60,846 bases of DNA from Thermoplasmatota archaeon (lineage in GTDB: Archaea > Thermoplasmatota > Thermoplasmata > Halarchaeoplasmatales > Halarchaeoplasmataceae): positions 1-60,846 of the forward strand of contig JAGXLF010000004.1 of the NCBI GenBank assembly GCA_018334835.1, written 5' to 3'. Position numbers and translations under genes: made by a program. The notes below the pieces were generated by a model, which was not told the DNA's origin, did no database searches, and saw only the letters and a program-made list of their open reading frames with translations. Numbering within the stretch: position 1 is the stretch's first letter; every line of letters begins with the position of its first letter. Below are positions 29,001-37,606 of the stretch, piece by piece.

Positions 29001-30262
29001 TGAATATTTTTTTCATCGATCTCAGTTATCCTTTCCGCTATGCGTATCACATCCGTCCACTCTTCCCTCTCTTTATAGATTTCTTTTTCGTGTTCTAACG
29101 CATTTATATCAAGAGGGTTAAAAGAGAGAGCATCTTCGAAAGACTCTATAGCTTTGTCTACTTTCCCGAGTCTTTGAAGAGCTACACCCTTATCGTATAG
29201 AGCGCTAGCATCTTCAGGATTGCTATCCAAAATACGATCACATATTTTAACCAATTCCTCGTAGCGTTTCAATTCCTTAAGAGTTTCCTTTTTATTATTC
29301 AATAATCGATGATCTTCCATATCAAGATTTATTCCTTCCTCAAATGCGCTCACTGCCTCTTCATACCTCTCCATTTCGAACAGGATTGTTCCCTTTTCAT
29401 TCCACAATTCTTTGTCATCTGGATCCAATTCTAAAGCCTTTTCGATCGTTTCTAAAGCTTCTTGGTGCCTCTCGAGTTGGTGGAGGGTGGTTCCTTTTTC
29501 GATCCAAAGTTCTCTGTGATCTGGATCTATGTCGATACCATTATCGAAACACACCACAGCATCATTGAATTTTCCCTGTCCCTTCAAAACTTGGCCCTTT
29601 TTAAGCCAAATCTCTTCATTATCTGGATTTATATCTAGGGCTTGATTCAATGTCTCGATGGCAGAGCCCAGATTACCGTCTCTTTTCAAAGCCTGGGCTT
29701 TTTTTGTCAATATGTCAGCATCTTCTGGGTCTATATCTAAGATATTATCATAAAAAGATATATCATCGGGATCTATCTCCAACCCTGCTTTGTACGCTCT
29801 GACAGCTTCGTCCTCCCGACCCATATCTGCCAGGATATCTCCTTTATTACCATAGGTCATTTTATCTTCCGGATCCTCTTCTATCGCGTTTTCTAGAAAT
29901 TTCAAAGCCTCGTCCTTTTCTCCCTGCTTAGCTAATATCAGAGCTTTGTGATTAAGTGCTTCAATATTTTGCTTATCGAATTCTAGTGACCTCTCTTCAG
30001 CTCTTAGACCCTCCTTTTCAAATCCTATATTATAATAAAGCCATCCGAGGTCGTCATAAATCTCTGAAAGTTCTTGCTCCCTTCCCCGTAAGACTTTTTC
30101 CTTTTTATTGATATAATTCAAAGCTTTATCACAATGTTCCTTAGCCTTTTCTATATCTCCTTCCTGACGACTATCTTCAGCCTTCGTTAATAATTTATGC
30201 GATTTTTTAAAGGCTCTTTTTTCCTTATCCAATAATGAAGTGATAGAATCTAATATACCCAT
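26054..30262 (-). CDS. Giant TPR-repeat protein (1402 aa) with a C-terminal Cys-rich zinc-ribbon tail
   Basis: About 1080 aa of back-to-back 34-aa TPR-like units (recurrent ...W..KG..L..L.RYEEA...YDKALE.DP...). These are followed by an unassigned ~230 aa region, a K/E-rich linker, and CHFCGKK..HECGELPLCSKC..CPECGE. An AGGAGG element lies upstream of the ATG. Confidence 0.85.
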   Translation of the reverse strand: MGILDSITSLLDKEKRAFKKSHKLLTKAEDSRQEGDIEKAKEHCDKALNYINKKEKVLRGREQELSEIYDDLGWLYYNIGFEKEGLRAEERSLEFDKQNIEALNHKALILAKQGEKDEALKFLENAIEEDPEDKMTYGNKGDILADMGREDEAVRAYKAGLEIDPDDISFYDNILDIDPEDADILTKKAQALKRDGNLGSAIETLNQALDINPDNEEIWLKKGQVLKGQGKFNDAVVCFDNGIDIDPDHRELWIEKGTTLHQLERHQEALETIEKALELDPDDKELWNEKGTILFEMERYEEAVSAFEEGINLDMEDHRLLNNKKETLKELKRYEELVKICDRILDSNPEDASALYDKGVALQRLGKVDKAIESFEDALSFNPLDINALEHEKEIYKEREEWTDVIRIAERITEIDEKNIQAWNDMGRAYLEKDVPSSALEKFEKSLNLEEENPEAMKGKKEALLDMNRYDEVISICEKILRLDSNDAQAHFDRAKAYRRKGKHEKAIEDYQKGLSIDESRPEQWNYKGLSEYKKGRYEEAVESFEKAHELAPDDKRYWNNKGHALNKLERYKEAIEAYDHALEIDPEDHKIWYSKGLAQEGVDRYEEAVRSYEKALEIETEDKNIWYSKGAALEWLERYEEAVEAFDKSLELDPSNRFAHIRKGTSLAEIGEHAEAVKSFNRALDMKEYDLKVLEHKKDSLKNLGRWSEIQSTAEKILEINSQSIEALRDKAEALKKLGEAEAALEPMERVLKVEESIEDLRRIKDILKELDRWGEVVEYCDKILDKDENDFKTWKDKAKAHKFLKEREKSIEAFDKALELDPKDKSSWMQKGMIQEHLERYENALRSYNKAHELDKEDVHPLIRKAEALKKMERYDEAIEWYDKALEIEPENTEYLNLKGECLIKFEKYEDAREIFEKSLEIDDQNGEAWRCKGELAFEMERYEEAINSLDTAIKLGVGDKSTWRILAECYDLVGRKEEAIGAYEEALEKDPDDVNLWFKKGQVESETSEIPTREAVESFKKATEKDKEYQEAWFELGRSYEEMGDMKEALAAYDKAIGLDPEDKYAWNNKGRVLLEMGKLEKSQRAFERATDIDQDFQSANEGLEVAKDREKSKNLEKYARDILKYECRRGKPVTKEEAFQKCDVPYNHIDDVFKYITLKEGLDLSSLSKEMKNNLEKASKVVISKLAGEKRDKLIKEGIKLCDIVTYFPDKEIKECKEVLEYIRAVDQKDIQIEDIDENTERLLKHRALDLPPENRDFLSLVRKLDIGIFQAKKLQAALQKFEGDDYQAPSTKISNLTGEEIEREKKRVESEKVSSKKKEKKKVSEKEKEQEEKEEIQEDTSTYESCHFCGKKTDYKHECGELPLCSKCREDQAGEECPECGEVIGSAEPLEDEDMLL

Positions 30263-30399
30263 CTTCTTCCTCCTATTTATTCAATAAATTGATTGTCTAT
30301 ATATAATGTTTTTTACTGGGTAAAACGGTCTTTCTAGAGAAAAATTTAAGAAAAGTTTTCAGGTTACCAGTGTTTCTAATTCATCTCTTTCTATCGCCC

Positions 30400-30656
30400 T
30401 CCTTAATTTCTAGAGCCGGTCTTCGGCCCGTAGACATTTTTTTAACCCTGAGCGTATTTCCATACGGATGTCCGACGTTCATGTAAACTACCACTTCCTT
30501 AAGGAAGTAGCTTGTAGTACGGCAAGACCAGACCGCAGAGACAATCTAATCATTAGTAGGCTCCACTCTATCCCTTTCGGGAGGAAAGAGGGATATACCA
30601 TCACACTCGCTCCATAGCCCCCTGATTTCAGGGTTAGTAGACCGGAATTCGGTTAC
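30400..30656 (-). ncRNA. Candidate structured RNA (SRP/7S-like in size and GNAR-capped hairpins; class unresolved)
   Basis: ORF-free and visibly more GC-rich than its flanks. End-pairing: 30639-30645 with 30416-30422, and 30628-30636 with 30443-30451. On the minus strand there are hairpins UCCC-GAAA-GGGA (30571-30582) and CGUAU-GGAA-AUACG (30453-30466). An upstream TATA-like box is present. The 3' end is uncertain and may extend to a T-run near 30345. Confidence 0.4.
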
Positions 30657-30678
30657 AATATCAATATCCCTTCCTGAC

Positions 30679-30686
30679 TATTTAAA
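30679..30686 (-). promoter_or_regulatory. TATA-like box (TTTAAATA on the minus strand) about 25 nt upstream of the candidate ncRNA
   Basis: The forward strand reads TATTTAAA at 30679-30686. The spacing to the start of the structured segment fits archaeal promoters. Confidence 0.35.
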
Positions 30687-30825
30687 AGTTTATCTCAATT
30701 CATCATTCCTCTGAAGAAGGCCTCATTGAGATATATTAGGTGAATTTTCTACCAAGTGATGCATTGAAAATAATAAATAGTCATTCCTACTTAATGAAGA
30801 AAAGACTGCGTGAGTGTGTACTTCG

Positions 30826-32265
30826 ATGAGAAAAACAAAAATCGTAGCGACTATAGGTCCGGCTTCGGATAGTAAAGAAGAACTAGAAAGACTTGTAGCG
30901 GCTGGCATCGATGTTGCAAGGCAGAATTTTTCTCATGGGACACACGATGAACATTATGAAACACTCACAAAGATAAGAGATATCTCCGATCAGATCGGGG
31001 TTATGATGGATACACAAGGTCCAGAGATCAGGTTAAATGAGATCGAAGAAGATACTGAACTACATCAAGGCGAAAAGCTCAAGATCGTGACCCAGGACGT
31101 GAAAGGAAATGAAGAGATACTACCGGTGGATCATCCAGAAATAGAAGATTATTTGAAGGAAGGAGACACCATATTGATCGACGATGGGCAGATCGAACTC
31201 AACGTTTTAGAGGTGGGGGACGAGGTAAAGTGTGAAGTGATATACGGCGGTAAAATACTCTCAAGAAAATCGGTCAATGTCCCTGGAAAAGATATGGGCC
31301 TAAGGGTACCAACCGAGAAAGACATCCAAGATATAAAATTTAGTGTAGATAAAGATTTTGATTTTATCTCCGCTTCATTTGTAAAGTCAGCCGGCGATAT
31401 CGAGAAAATAAGAGAATTGCTCAAAAAGAAAAATTCAGATATGAATATAATCGCTAAGATAGAGCATATCAAAGCCGTAGAAAATATCGACGAGATCATC
31501 CATGCTTCAGATGGGGTGATGATAGCGCGAGGAGATCTTGGAGTTGAGATCCCAGCTTCTGATATCCCAGTATTACAAAAACAGATAATCGAGAAGGCAA
31601 ACATCGATGAAAAACCAGTGATAACAGCTACCCAAATGCTCAAATCTATGACAGAGAGTCCGAGAGCGACCAGAGCAGAAGTATCCGATGTTGCGAATGC
31701 CGTCTTCGATGGATCTTCCGCGGTGATGCTTTCAGAAGAAACAGCTATAGGGAAATATCCTGTGAAATCGGTAGAATTCATGTCTGAAGTTTTGGAAAAA
31801 ATGGAGCAATATGTTAAAGAGAGAAAATATTTTACTACAGAGAAAGAGAGCAATGATATAGCCGATATAATAGCAAAGAACGTATCACAAGCCGCTCGAG
31901 AGATCGACGTGAAATATATCGTGGCTCATACTTCCTCTGGTTACACCGCACACAAGATTTCGAGGTTCCGACCGAACGTCGATATCATCGCTTTCACTGA
32001 TAAGAAGTCAGTTCAGCGAAGGTTGAGTCTGATATGGGGGGTTAAAGCTTTCTACAGCGAATTCCCAGATCATGTTGACGATATGGTCTGCGGTACTGCT
32101 AGAGAGCTTTTCGATAGAGGTATGGTCGAAAAAGATGATAAACTTCTGATCACTGCAGGTGTTCCTGCACCCGTGACCGGGATAACCAACACTATGCAGA
32201 TCAGGACGGTCAAAAGTCTTCTAGAGGAAGGCTGCGATGAGACGATGATCGACGACAAAGTTTAA
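30826..32265 (+). CDS. pyk: Pyruvate kinase
   Basis: MRKTKIVATIGPAS, NFSHG, MIARGDLGVEIP and SEETAIGKYP. The ATG at 30826 is preferred over the GTG at 30814. Confidence 0.92.
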   Translation: MRKTKIVATIGPASDSKEELERLVAAGIDVARQNFSHGTHDEHYETLTKIRDISDQIGVMMDTQGPEIRLNEIEEDTELHQGEKLKIVTQDVKGNEEILPVDHPEIEDYLKEGDTILIDDGQIELNVLEVGDEVKCEVIYGGKILSRKSVNVPGKDMGLRVPTEKDIQDIKFSVDKDFDFISASFVKSAGDIEKIRELLKKKNSDMNIIAKIEHIKAVENIDEIIHASDGVMIARGDLGVEIPASDIPVLQKQIIEKANIDEKPVITATQMLKSMTESPRATRAEVSDVANAVFDGSSAVMLSEETAIGKYPVKSVEFMSEVLEKMEQYVKERKYFTTEKESNDIADIIAKNVSQAAREIDVKYIVAHTSSGYTAHKISRFRPNVDIIAFTDKKSVQRRLSLIWGVKAFYSEFPDHVDDMVCGTARELFDRGMVEKDDKLLITAGVPAPVTGITNTMQIRTVKSLLEEGCDETMIDDKV

Positions 32266-32267
32266 AT

Positions 32268-32540
32268 TCAGCGTTTGATTCGGAAAGAATCGAACTCTCC
32301 AGTCGGTTCTTCTTCCTTTATCTCAAAATCGTCTACTCTAGCATGGGGCTGATTATTCTTGCAGAACTCTATGACTTCATCTACTCTGTTCTCAGGACCT
32401 TCAAAGATCGCCTCGACTCGACCATCTCTGAGATTTTTGACCCAGCCTTTAACACCTTTCTCCTGAGCCTTATCTCTTGTATTTGCTCTGAAGAACACCC
32501 CTTGAACCTTCCCGCTAAAGAAACAGTGTTTTCTTATCAT
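32268..32540 (-). CDS. acyP: Acylphosphatase
   Basis: 90 aa from M60 of the ORF. GKVQGVFFR and GWVKNLRDGRVE are the two acylphosphatase signatures. Confidence 0.85.
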   Translation of the reverse strand: MIRKHCFFSGKVQGVFFRANTRDKAQEKGVKGWVKNLRDGRVEAIFEGPENRVDEVIEFCKNNQPHARVDDFEIKEEEPTGEFDSFRIKR

Positions 32541-32592
32541 GTTATCTATACTACATGGAAAAGGGCCAAAAAAAGATTTTCGATGAGTAGAC

Positions 32593-33960
32593 TTAACGAG
32601 TCCTTTTACAACACTCGCAGAGACCTCTAATCGCTTGAACGGCATCTTCTGGAGTCTGGTACACCGGGATACCCCTCTTTTCGATCTTCTCTGACATGGA
32701 GTGGGTGAACTCGCCACCTGAGGCTATAGTTATTATGGGCTTTTCTTTTTCCTGCATCTTGCCAAGTTTTTCGACAATATGTTTGTCCAAAGCAGGAGAC
32801 TGAAACAAGCATACTACTATCAAAAGGTCGACATTATCGTCTTCAAGCATTATCTCTATCGCCTTCTCATATCTCTCTGAAGACGCATCACCTACGATGT
32901 CAACTGGATTTTTCAATGTAGAGTGATCTGGAATTTCCCCTTCTTCCACCGCCTTTTCAAACCTGTTTTTAGTTTCGTCAGATAAATTTGCAAGAGTAAG
33001 CCCTTTATCTATCAAAGAATCAGTAGACATTACTCCAGCCCCTCCTCCGTTTGTCACTATCCCTATCTTTTTTCCGGCGGGTAAAGGTTGAAAAGACAGA
33101 GCTTTTGCCACGTTGAACATCTCTCTCAATGTGTTTATCCTGATCACGTCTGACTGCTTGAACGCACCTTCGTAAACACCATCTTTTCCAGCTAGCGAGG
33201 CGGTGTGAGAGGTAGCGGCCGAAGAACCCTTTTCAGTCCTCCCTGATTTGATCGCCAATATAGGTTTTTCACTTTTTTTTGCAGCCTCAAAAAATTTTCT
33301 TCCGTCCTTTACACCTTCGATATAGAAAATTATATAGTCGGTTTTTTCGTCTTCTGAGATATAACTGATAAGGTCGGCCTCGTCAATGTCAGCTCTGTTT
33401 CCGTAACTGATAAATTTACTCAAGCCGATATTAGATTCAGAAAACCAATCCAATATTGCCGCACCGAAAGCCCCACTTTGGGAGAGAAAAGCGATCGATC
33501 CGGGATCAGGCCGTGCTTGTCTTTCAGGGGGATTGAATATCGTATCTAGTTCTATCCATGGATTGTAGATACCCAAACAATTTGGTCCTATTAGGTTCAT
33601 ATCGTATTCATCCACTATCTTTTTGATTTTATCTTCAAGATCCTCTCTTCCAGCTTCACTGAATCCAGCACTAACAACGATCACATTTTTTATCTCGGCT
33701 TCACCACATTCTTTTATGATATCTGGTACTATCTTTGCTGGTAAGGAAATCAAAGCGAGGTCCACTTTGTCCTTTATATCTATTACAGATCCATAAGCTT
33801 CAAAACCGAGTATTTGATCTTCTTTAATATTTACAGGAAATATGCCTCCCTCAAATTTTCTTTTCAAAGATTTCATTATCGCATTCCCTACTTTACCCTC
33901 TTGATTCGAGGCGCCAATGACAGCAACGTTATCTGGCCAGAACATTCCATCTAAATCCAT
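32593..33960 (-). CDS. ADP-forming acyl-CoA synthetase alpha-type subunit (CoA-binding plus CoA-ligase domains)
   Basis: NVAVIGASNQEGKVGN, LIGPNCLG, SQSGAFG and the phospho-His loop region ATSHTASLAG. No ATP-grasp beta subunit is adjacent. The ATG at 33960 is preferred over the TTG at 33972. Confidence 0.8.
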   Translation of the reverse strand: MDLDGMFWPDNVAVIGASNQEGKVGNAIMKSLKRKFEGGIFPVNIKEDQILGFEAYGSVIDIKDKVDLALISLPAKIVPDIIKECGEAEIKNVIVVSAGFSEAGREDLEDKIKKIVDEYDMNLIGPNCLGIYNPWIELDTIFNPPERQARPDPGSIAFLSQSGAFGAAILDWFSESNIGLSKFISYGNRADIDEADLISYISEDEKTDYIIFYIEGVKDGRKFFEAAKKSEKPILAIKSGRTEKGSSAATSHTASLAGKDGVYEGAFKQSDVIRINTLREMFNVAKALSFQPLPAGKKIGIVTNGGGAGVMSTDSLIDKGLTLANLSDETKNRFEKAVEEGEIPDHSTLKNPVDIVGDASSERYEKAIEIMLEDDNVDLLIVVCLFQSPALDKHIVEKLGKMQEKEKPIITIASGGEFTHSMSEKIEKRGIPVYQTPEDAVQAIRGLCECCKRTR

Positions 33961-34102
33961 ATTAACAATCAATATGTTATAACATTCATTATTTACCTTT
34001 TTCTATCTCACTCTCTCTAATTCAAATTGTCCTCTAGATGATTTCTTAAATGTTAGTAAGTTATATATATGCCTCCTTTAACTTTAAATGTAGGACTCTT
34101 AG

Positions 34103-34726
34103 ATGGACGGGGAAGATTTAAAGTTGGTGAAAAATATAATGGAAAAGGTCAAAAAAAGCGGTGATCCAGATACTGTTCTTTTTGACACTCCGACGACTCA
34201 GATCGCAAAGACTAACTTTTTTATCCTTAAAGGTCTTTTGGAGCTGAAGGGTAAAAAAGGTTACTTCGTGAGTCTTGATAGACCTCATCAAAATATGTCT
34301 TATCTCCTACAAAATCATGATATAAGCCAGGAAAACATATGGTATATAGATGCTGTCAGCCATATGTCGGGTAGTAAGAGGATTGGTAAAAAAAATGTTG
34401 AAGAAAATGTTGATTTTGTAGATAACACCTTTCAAATAGAGGAATTTGTTGAGTTTTTTAAAGAAAAGGGGGTAAAGAGAAAAAATTTCGGATCTCTTGA
34501 GGATATCGATTTTATACTCATCGACAATGTATTTCCAATTTTGAACTACAATAATATAGAAAAAATACAAGAGTTCTTAAGTTCTTTCGAGGAGCTGATT
34601 GCTTCTCATGAAAATTTATTTGGCTTGATCGTAATGAATTCTAACTCTCATGATAATTTGGATAGAATCATTAAGAGACATGTGAAAACTGTAATAGATG
34701 TTAAAAAACTTAAGGAGGATGCATAA
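34103..34726 (+). CDS. Hypothetical protein, possibly a P-loop-less RecA/KaiC-fold paralog
   Basis: 207 aa, ending 2 nt before the KaiC-like ATPase gene. There is no Walker A. The strand-like blocks GYFVSLDRP, FILIDNVFPIL and LFGLIVMNS sit at spacings reminiscent of a RecA-like core. This is tentative. Confidence 0.5.
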   Translation: MDGEDLKLVKNIMEKVKKSGDPDTVLFDTPTTQIAKTNFFILKGLLELKGKKGYFVSLDRPHQNMSYLLQNHDISQENIWYIDAVSHMSGSKRIGKKNVEENVDFVDNTFQIEEFVEFFKEKGVKRKNFGSLEDIDFILIDNVFPILNYNNIEKIQEFLSSFEELIASHENLFGLIVMNSNSHDNLDRIIKRHVKTVIDVKKLKEDA

Positions 34727-34728
34727 AC

Positions 34729-35409
34729 ATGGCTGAATTAGAAAGAGTTTCGACTGGAATAAAAGGACTAGACGATATGGTGGATGGAGGGTTCCCATTC
34801 CCTTCAGTCTCGCTCGTCGCAGGCGGCGCAGGAACAGGGAAAACTACATTTGGGTTGAGCTTTCTTACCGAAGGAGCAAGACAGGGAGAAAAAGGTCTTT
34901 TCTTCACTACCCTCTCAGAGCCGACCCAATGGATGCTGAGATATACGAATCAATTCGATTTCATCGACAAAGACTTCTTTGGAGATGAGATAAAATATCA
35001 AGATGTGGGCCTCCTGGTCCAAAATGAAGGATATGAAGAACTCTTGGACTTTATCGACGATAAAATAGCAGAGGTCATGCCACAACGGATAGTGATAGAT
35101 CCCATAACTGTTGTTGGGCCATTCTTCAAGGAGGAATACAGGTCGTTTCTTTTCGAATTGATCAATTTGTTGAAGAACTGGCAGGCTGTCTCGGTGTTAA
35201 CTGGAGAAGTATCACCTGGGATGGCTTACCCAGAAGAAGTTACTTATGCGGTGGACAGCGTTATTTTGTTGAGTATGCTGGAAGAAGAGGGTTCCAGGAG
35301 AAAATATCTTGAAGTTCTGAAGATGAGAGGTACCGATCATACCACTGGAAAACAGCCGATCAGTATAACCACAGAGAATGGTATAGTTGTTCTCAAATCT
35401 AGATTCTGA
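34729..35409 (+). CDS. Single-domain KaiC/RadA-like RecA-superfamily ATPase
   Basis: GIKGLDDMVDGGFP, Walker A GGAGTGKT, a Walker B-like RIVIDPIT, and a C-terminal KMRGTDH block. Confidence 0.8.
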   Translation: MAELERVSTGIKGLDDMVDGGFPFPSVSLVAGGAGTGKTTFGLSFLTEGARQGEKGLFFTTLSEPTQWMLRYTNQFDFIDKDFFGDEIKYQDVGLLVQNEGYEELLDFIDDKIAEVMPQRIVIDPITVVGPFFKEEYRSFLFELINLLKNWQAVSVLTGEVSPGMAYPEEVTYAVDSVILLSMLEEEGSRRKYLEVLKMRGTDHTTGKQPISITTENGIVVLKSRF

Positions 35410-35519
35410 AAACCTTTCTTTTTTAATTTCTTCTTTATTCTACAGAAAATACACATAATCTTTAAGGTAAAATATATATAGAACCTCTTTTTCATAGAGG
35501 GATAGAAGAGGTGTAACAC

Positions 35520-37193
35520 ATGATGTCAGGTCAGCAACCTATATTCGTGATGAAGGAAGACACGGAAAGAGAAAGTGGTAAGGACGCACAGAAGAACAAC
35601 ATCGCCGCCGCAAAGGCAATAGCTGATGCGGTCAGGAGTACATTAGGTCCTAAAGGTATGGACAAGATGTTGGTCGACAATCTTGGAGACGTAATCATCA
35701 CCAACGACGGAGTTTCCATCCTAAACGAGATAGATATAGAGCATCCAGCTGCGAAGATGCTGGTGGAAGTAGCAGATACGCAGGAAGAGGAATGTGGTGA
35801 CGGTACTACATCTGCTGTAGTACTAGCCGGTGAACTCTTGAAGACGGCGGAAGAAAGGATAGATCAACTGCACCCCTCCATAATAGCTAATGGTTATAGG
35901 ATAGCTTCCCAAAAGGCTTCCGAAATCTTGGATGATATGAAACTCGATATAGACTTGGAGGACGAAGAAAACTTGAAAAATATCGCTTCAACTGCGATGA
36001 CGGGTAAGAACGTAGAGATAAACAAAGAAAAGTTAGCCGACATAACAGTAGATGCGGTCCGTCATATAACTGAGAAAACGGGTGAAGGATACACCGTAGA
36101 TATCGACAATATAAAAGTCGAGAAGAAGGCCGGTGCCAGCGTTGACAACACTGAACTGATAGAAGGTATGATCCTTGATAAGGAGAGGCTTCATGACAAT
36201 ATGCCCAAGGAGTTGGAGAATGCTAAGATCGCCTTGCTCAATACGGCCCTGGAAGTCCAGGAGACCGAGATGGATGCATCCATCGAGATCACCGATCCTG
36301 ATCAACTAGAAAAGTTCGTCAATAAGGAAGAAGAGAGCCTGAAAGAAATGGTACAGATGGTCAAGGACGTAGGCGCTAATGTACTGCTCTGTCAGAAAGG
36401 CATAGATGATCTAGCTCAGCATTACTTAGCTAGAGAAGGCATCTTCGCGATCAGAAGAGTTAAGAAATCCGATATGAAGAAACTCGCTAGATCAACTGGG
36501 GGAAACATCGTCAACAATCTTAAGGATCTTTCCTCTGATGATCTTGGCACCGCTAAAAAAGTGAGTGAAAAAGTAGTATCCGGATCTCATATGACCTTCG
36601 TCGAGGGGACCGAGGAAGCTAAAGCCGTATCTCTCCTATTGAGAGGAGGCACTGAACACGTGGTAGATGAACTAGAGAGAGCCATAGAAGACGCGATCAA
36701 AGTAGTCTCAGTGGCGATAGAAGACGGCGCAGTCCTCCCAGGAGGCGGAGCAACAGAGATAGAACTTTCCAATAGACTTGCAGAATTCGCCGGTACCATC
36801 GAAGGTAGAGAACAGATAGCTTTCGAGGAGTTCGCGGAGTCATTGAACATAATACCGAGAACAATCAGTGAGAACGCGGGACTCGACGGCATCGACGTAC
36901 TGATGAATTTGAACACCGCTCACGAGAAGGAAGGAAAAGAGACCCACGGAGTGAACGTTGAAGACGGTGAAGAACCCGAGGATATGCTCGAAAAAGGAAT
37001 AATCGAGCCTTATAGGGTCAAGAATCAGGCAATAAAGTCAGCTACTGAAGCCGCCAATATGATATTGCGAATAGATGACGTGATCGCCTCTAAAGGTGGA
37101 GGCGAAGAAGGCGGCGGACCACCAGCCGGTGGACCAGGAGGTCCCGGCGGAATGCCCGGAGGAATGGGCGGCGGGATGCCACCAGGAATGTAA
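35520..37193 (+). CDS. ths: Thermosome subunit (group II chaperonin)
   Basis: [43 protein letters not shown] and a C-terminal GGM-type tail ([15 protein letters not shown]). Confidence 0.95.
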   Translation: MMSGQQPIFVMKEDTERESGKDAQKNNIAAAKAIADAVRSTLGPKGMDKMLVDNLGDVIITNDGVSILNEIDIEHPAAKMLVEVADTQEEECGDGTTSAVVLAGELLKTAEERIDQLHPSIIANGYRIASQKASEILDDMKLDIDLEDEENLKNIASTAMTGKNVEINKEKLADITVDAVRHITEKTGEGYTVDIDNIKVEKKAGASVDNTELIEGMILDKERLHDNMPKELENAKIALLNTALEVQETEMDASIEITDPDQLEKFVNKEEESLKEMVQMVKDVGANVLLCQKGIDDLAQHYLAREGIFAIRRVKKSDMKKLARSTGGNIVNNLKDLSSDDLGTAKKVSEKVVSGSHMTFVEGTEEAKAVSLLLRGGTEHVVDELERAIEDAIKVVSVAIEDGAVLPGGGATEIELSNRLAEFAGTIEGREQIAFEEFAESLNIIPRTISENAGLDGIDVLMNLNTAHEKEGKETHGVNVEDGEEPEDMLEKGIIEPYRVKNQAIKSATEAANMILRIDDVIASKGGGEEGGGPPAGGPGGPGGMPGGMGGGMPPGM

Positions 37194-37324
37194 ACAGGAA
37201 TAAAACTGAAAATCCCAAACCGCTAAAAAACCCTTTTTAATTATTTTGATATCTGATTATCCTTATGAATCATTTAGGATATCTTTTTTACAAAAAGAGA
37301 GAAAGGACAGATTGATAGAACTAC

Positions 37325-37558
37325 CTATCTTTGCTCGGCACGTTTAGCTGCTTCTAAAACTTCATCCCACGCATCCAAACTCTTCTGCGCCTCTTCTTCT
37401 TCGAGTTTTTCTATCGCATAACCCGCATGAACTATTACGTAATCACCGATATCCGCTTCTACCAGTGATATATTAGCCTCTCTAGTAACTCCACCAAAAT
37501 CTATTTCAGCGGTATCGCCTTCTATATTTTCGATCAGGCCTGGAACAGCAAGACACAT
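37325..37558 (-). CDS. hypC: HypC/HupF-family [NiFe]-hydrogenase maturation chaperone
   Basis: N-terminal MCLAVPG motif with the essential Cys2. The length (77 aa) and VGDYVIVHAGYAIEKL are typical. Confidence 0.85.
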   Translation of the reverse strand: MCLAVPGLIENIEGDTAEIDFGGVTREANISLVEADIGDYVIVHAGYAIEKLEEEEAQKSLDAWDEVLEAAKRAEQR

Positions 37559-37606
37559 TGCAGTTAAACCTACAAATACTTATAATATAAACATTTTGGA
37601 AAGCAC

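Noticed and set aside
26054-29300. Repetitive DNA inside the TPR gene as a possible tandem-repeat or CRISPR-like array
   Set aside because: The repetition is at the protein-motif level (34-aa TPR units) with diverged nucleotide sequence. It stays in-frame within one long ORF.
30400-30656. Assigning the candidate ncRNA firmly to RNase P RNA
   Set aside because: Neither strand contains the near-universal CR-I GAGGAAAGUCC or the ACAGAA-type CR-IV motif. The forward-strand GGGAGGAAAGAGGG is only a partial look-alike, lies in the wrong position, and belongs to a local hairpin.
31149-31853. 234-aa ORF antisense to pyruvate kinase
   Set aside because: It is a shadow ORF opposite a clear pyk gene. 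The product is Ser/Ile/Phe-rich low complexity with no motifs.
32541-32717. 59-aa N-terminal extension of the acylphosphatase ORF
   Set aside because: The extension overlaps the 3' end of the acyl-CoA synthetase alpha gene and is Arg/Ser/Cys-rich with no similarity to the family. Acylphosphatases are about 90 aa, which matches the start at 32540.
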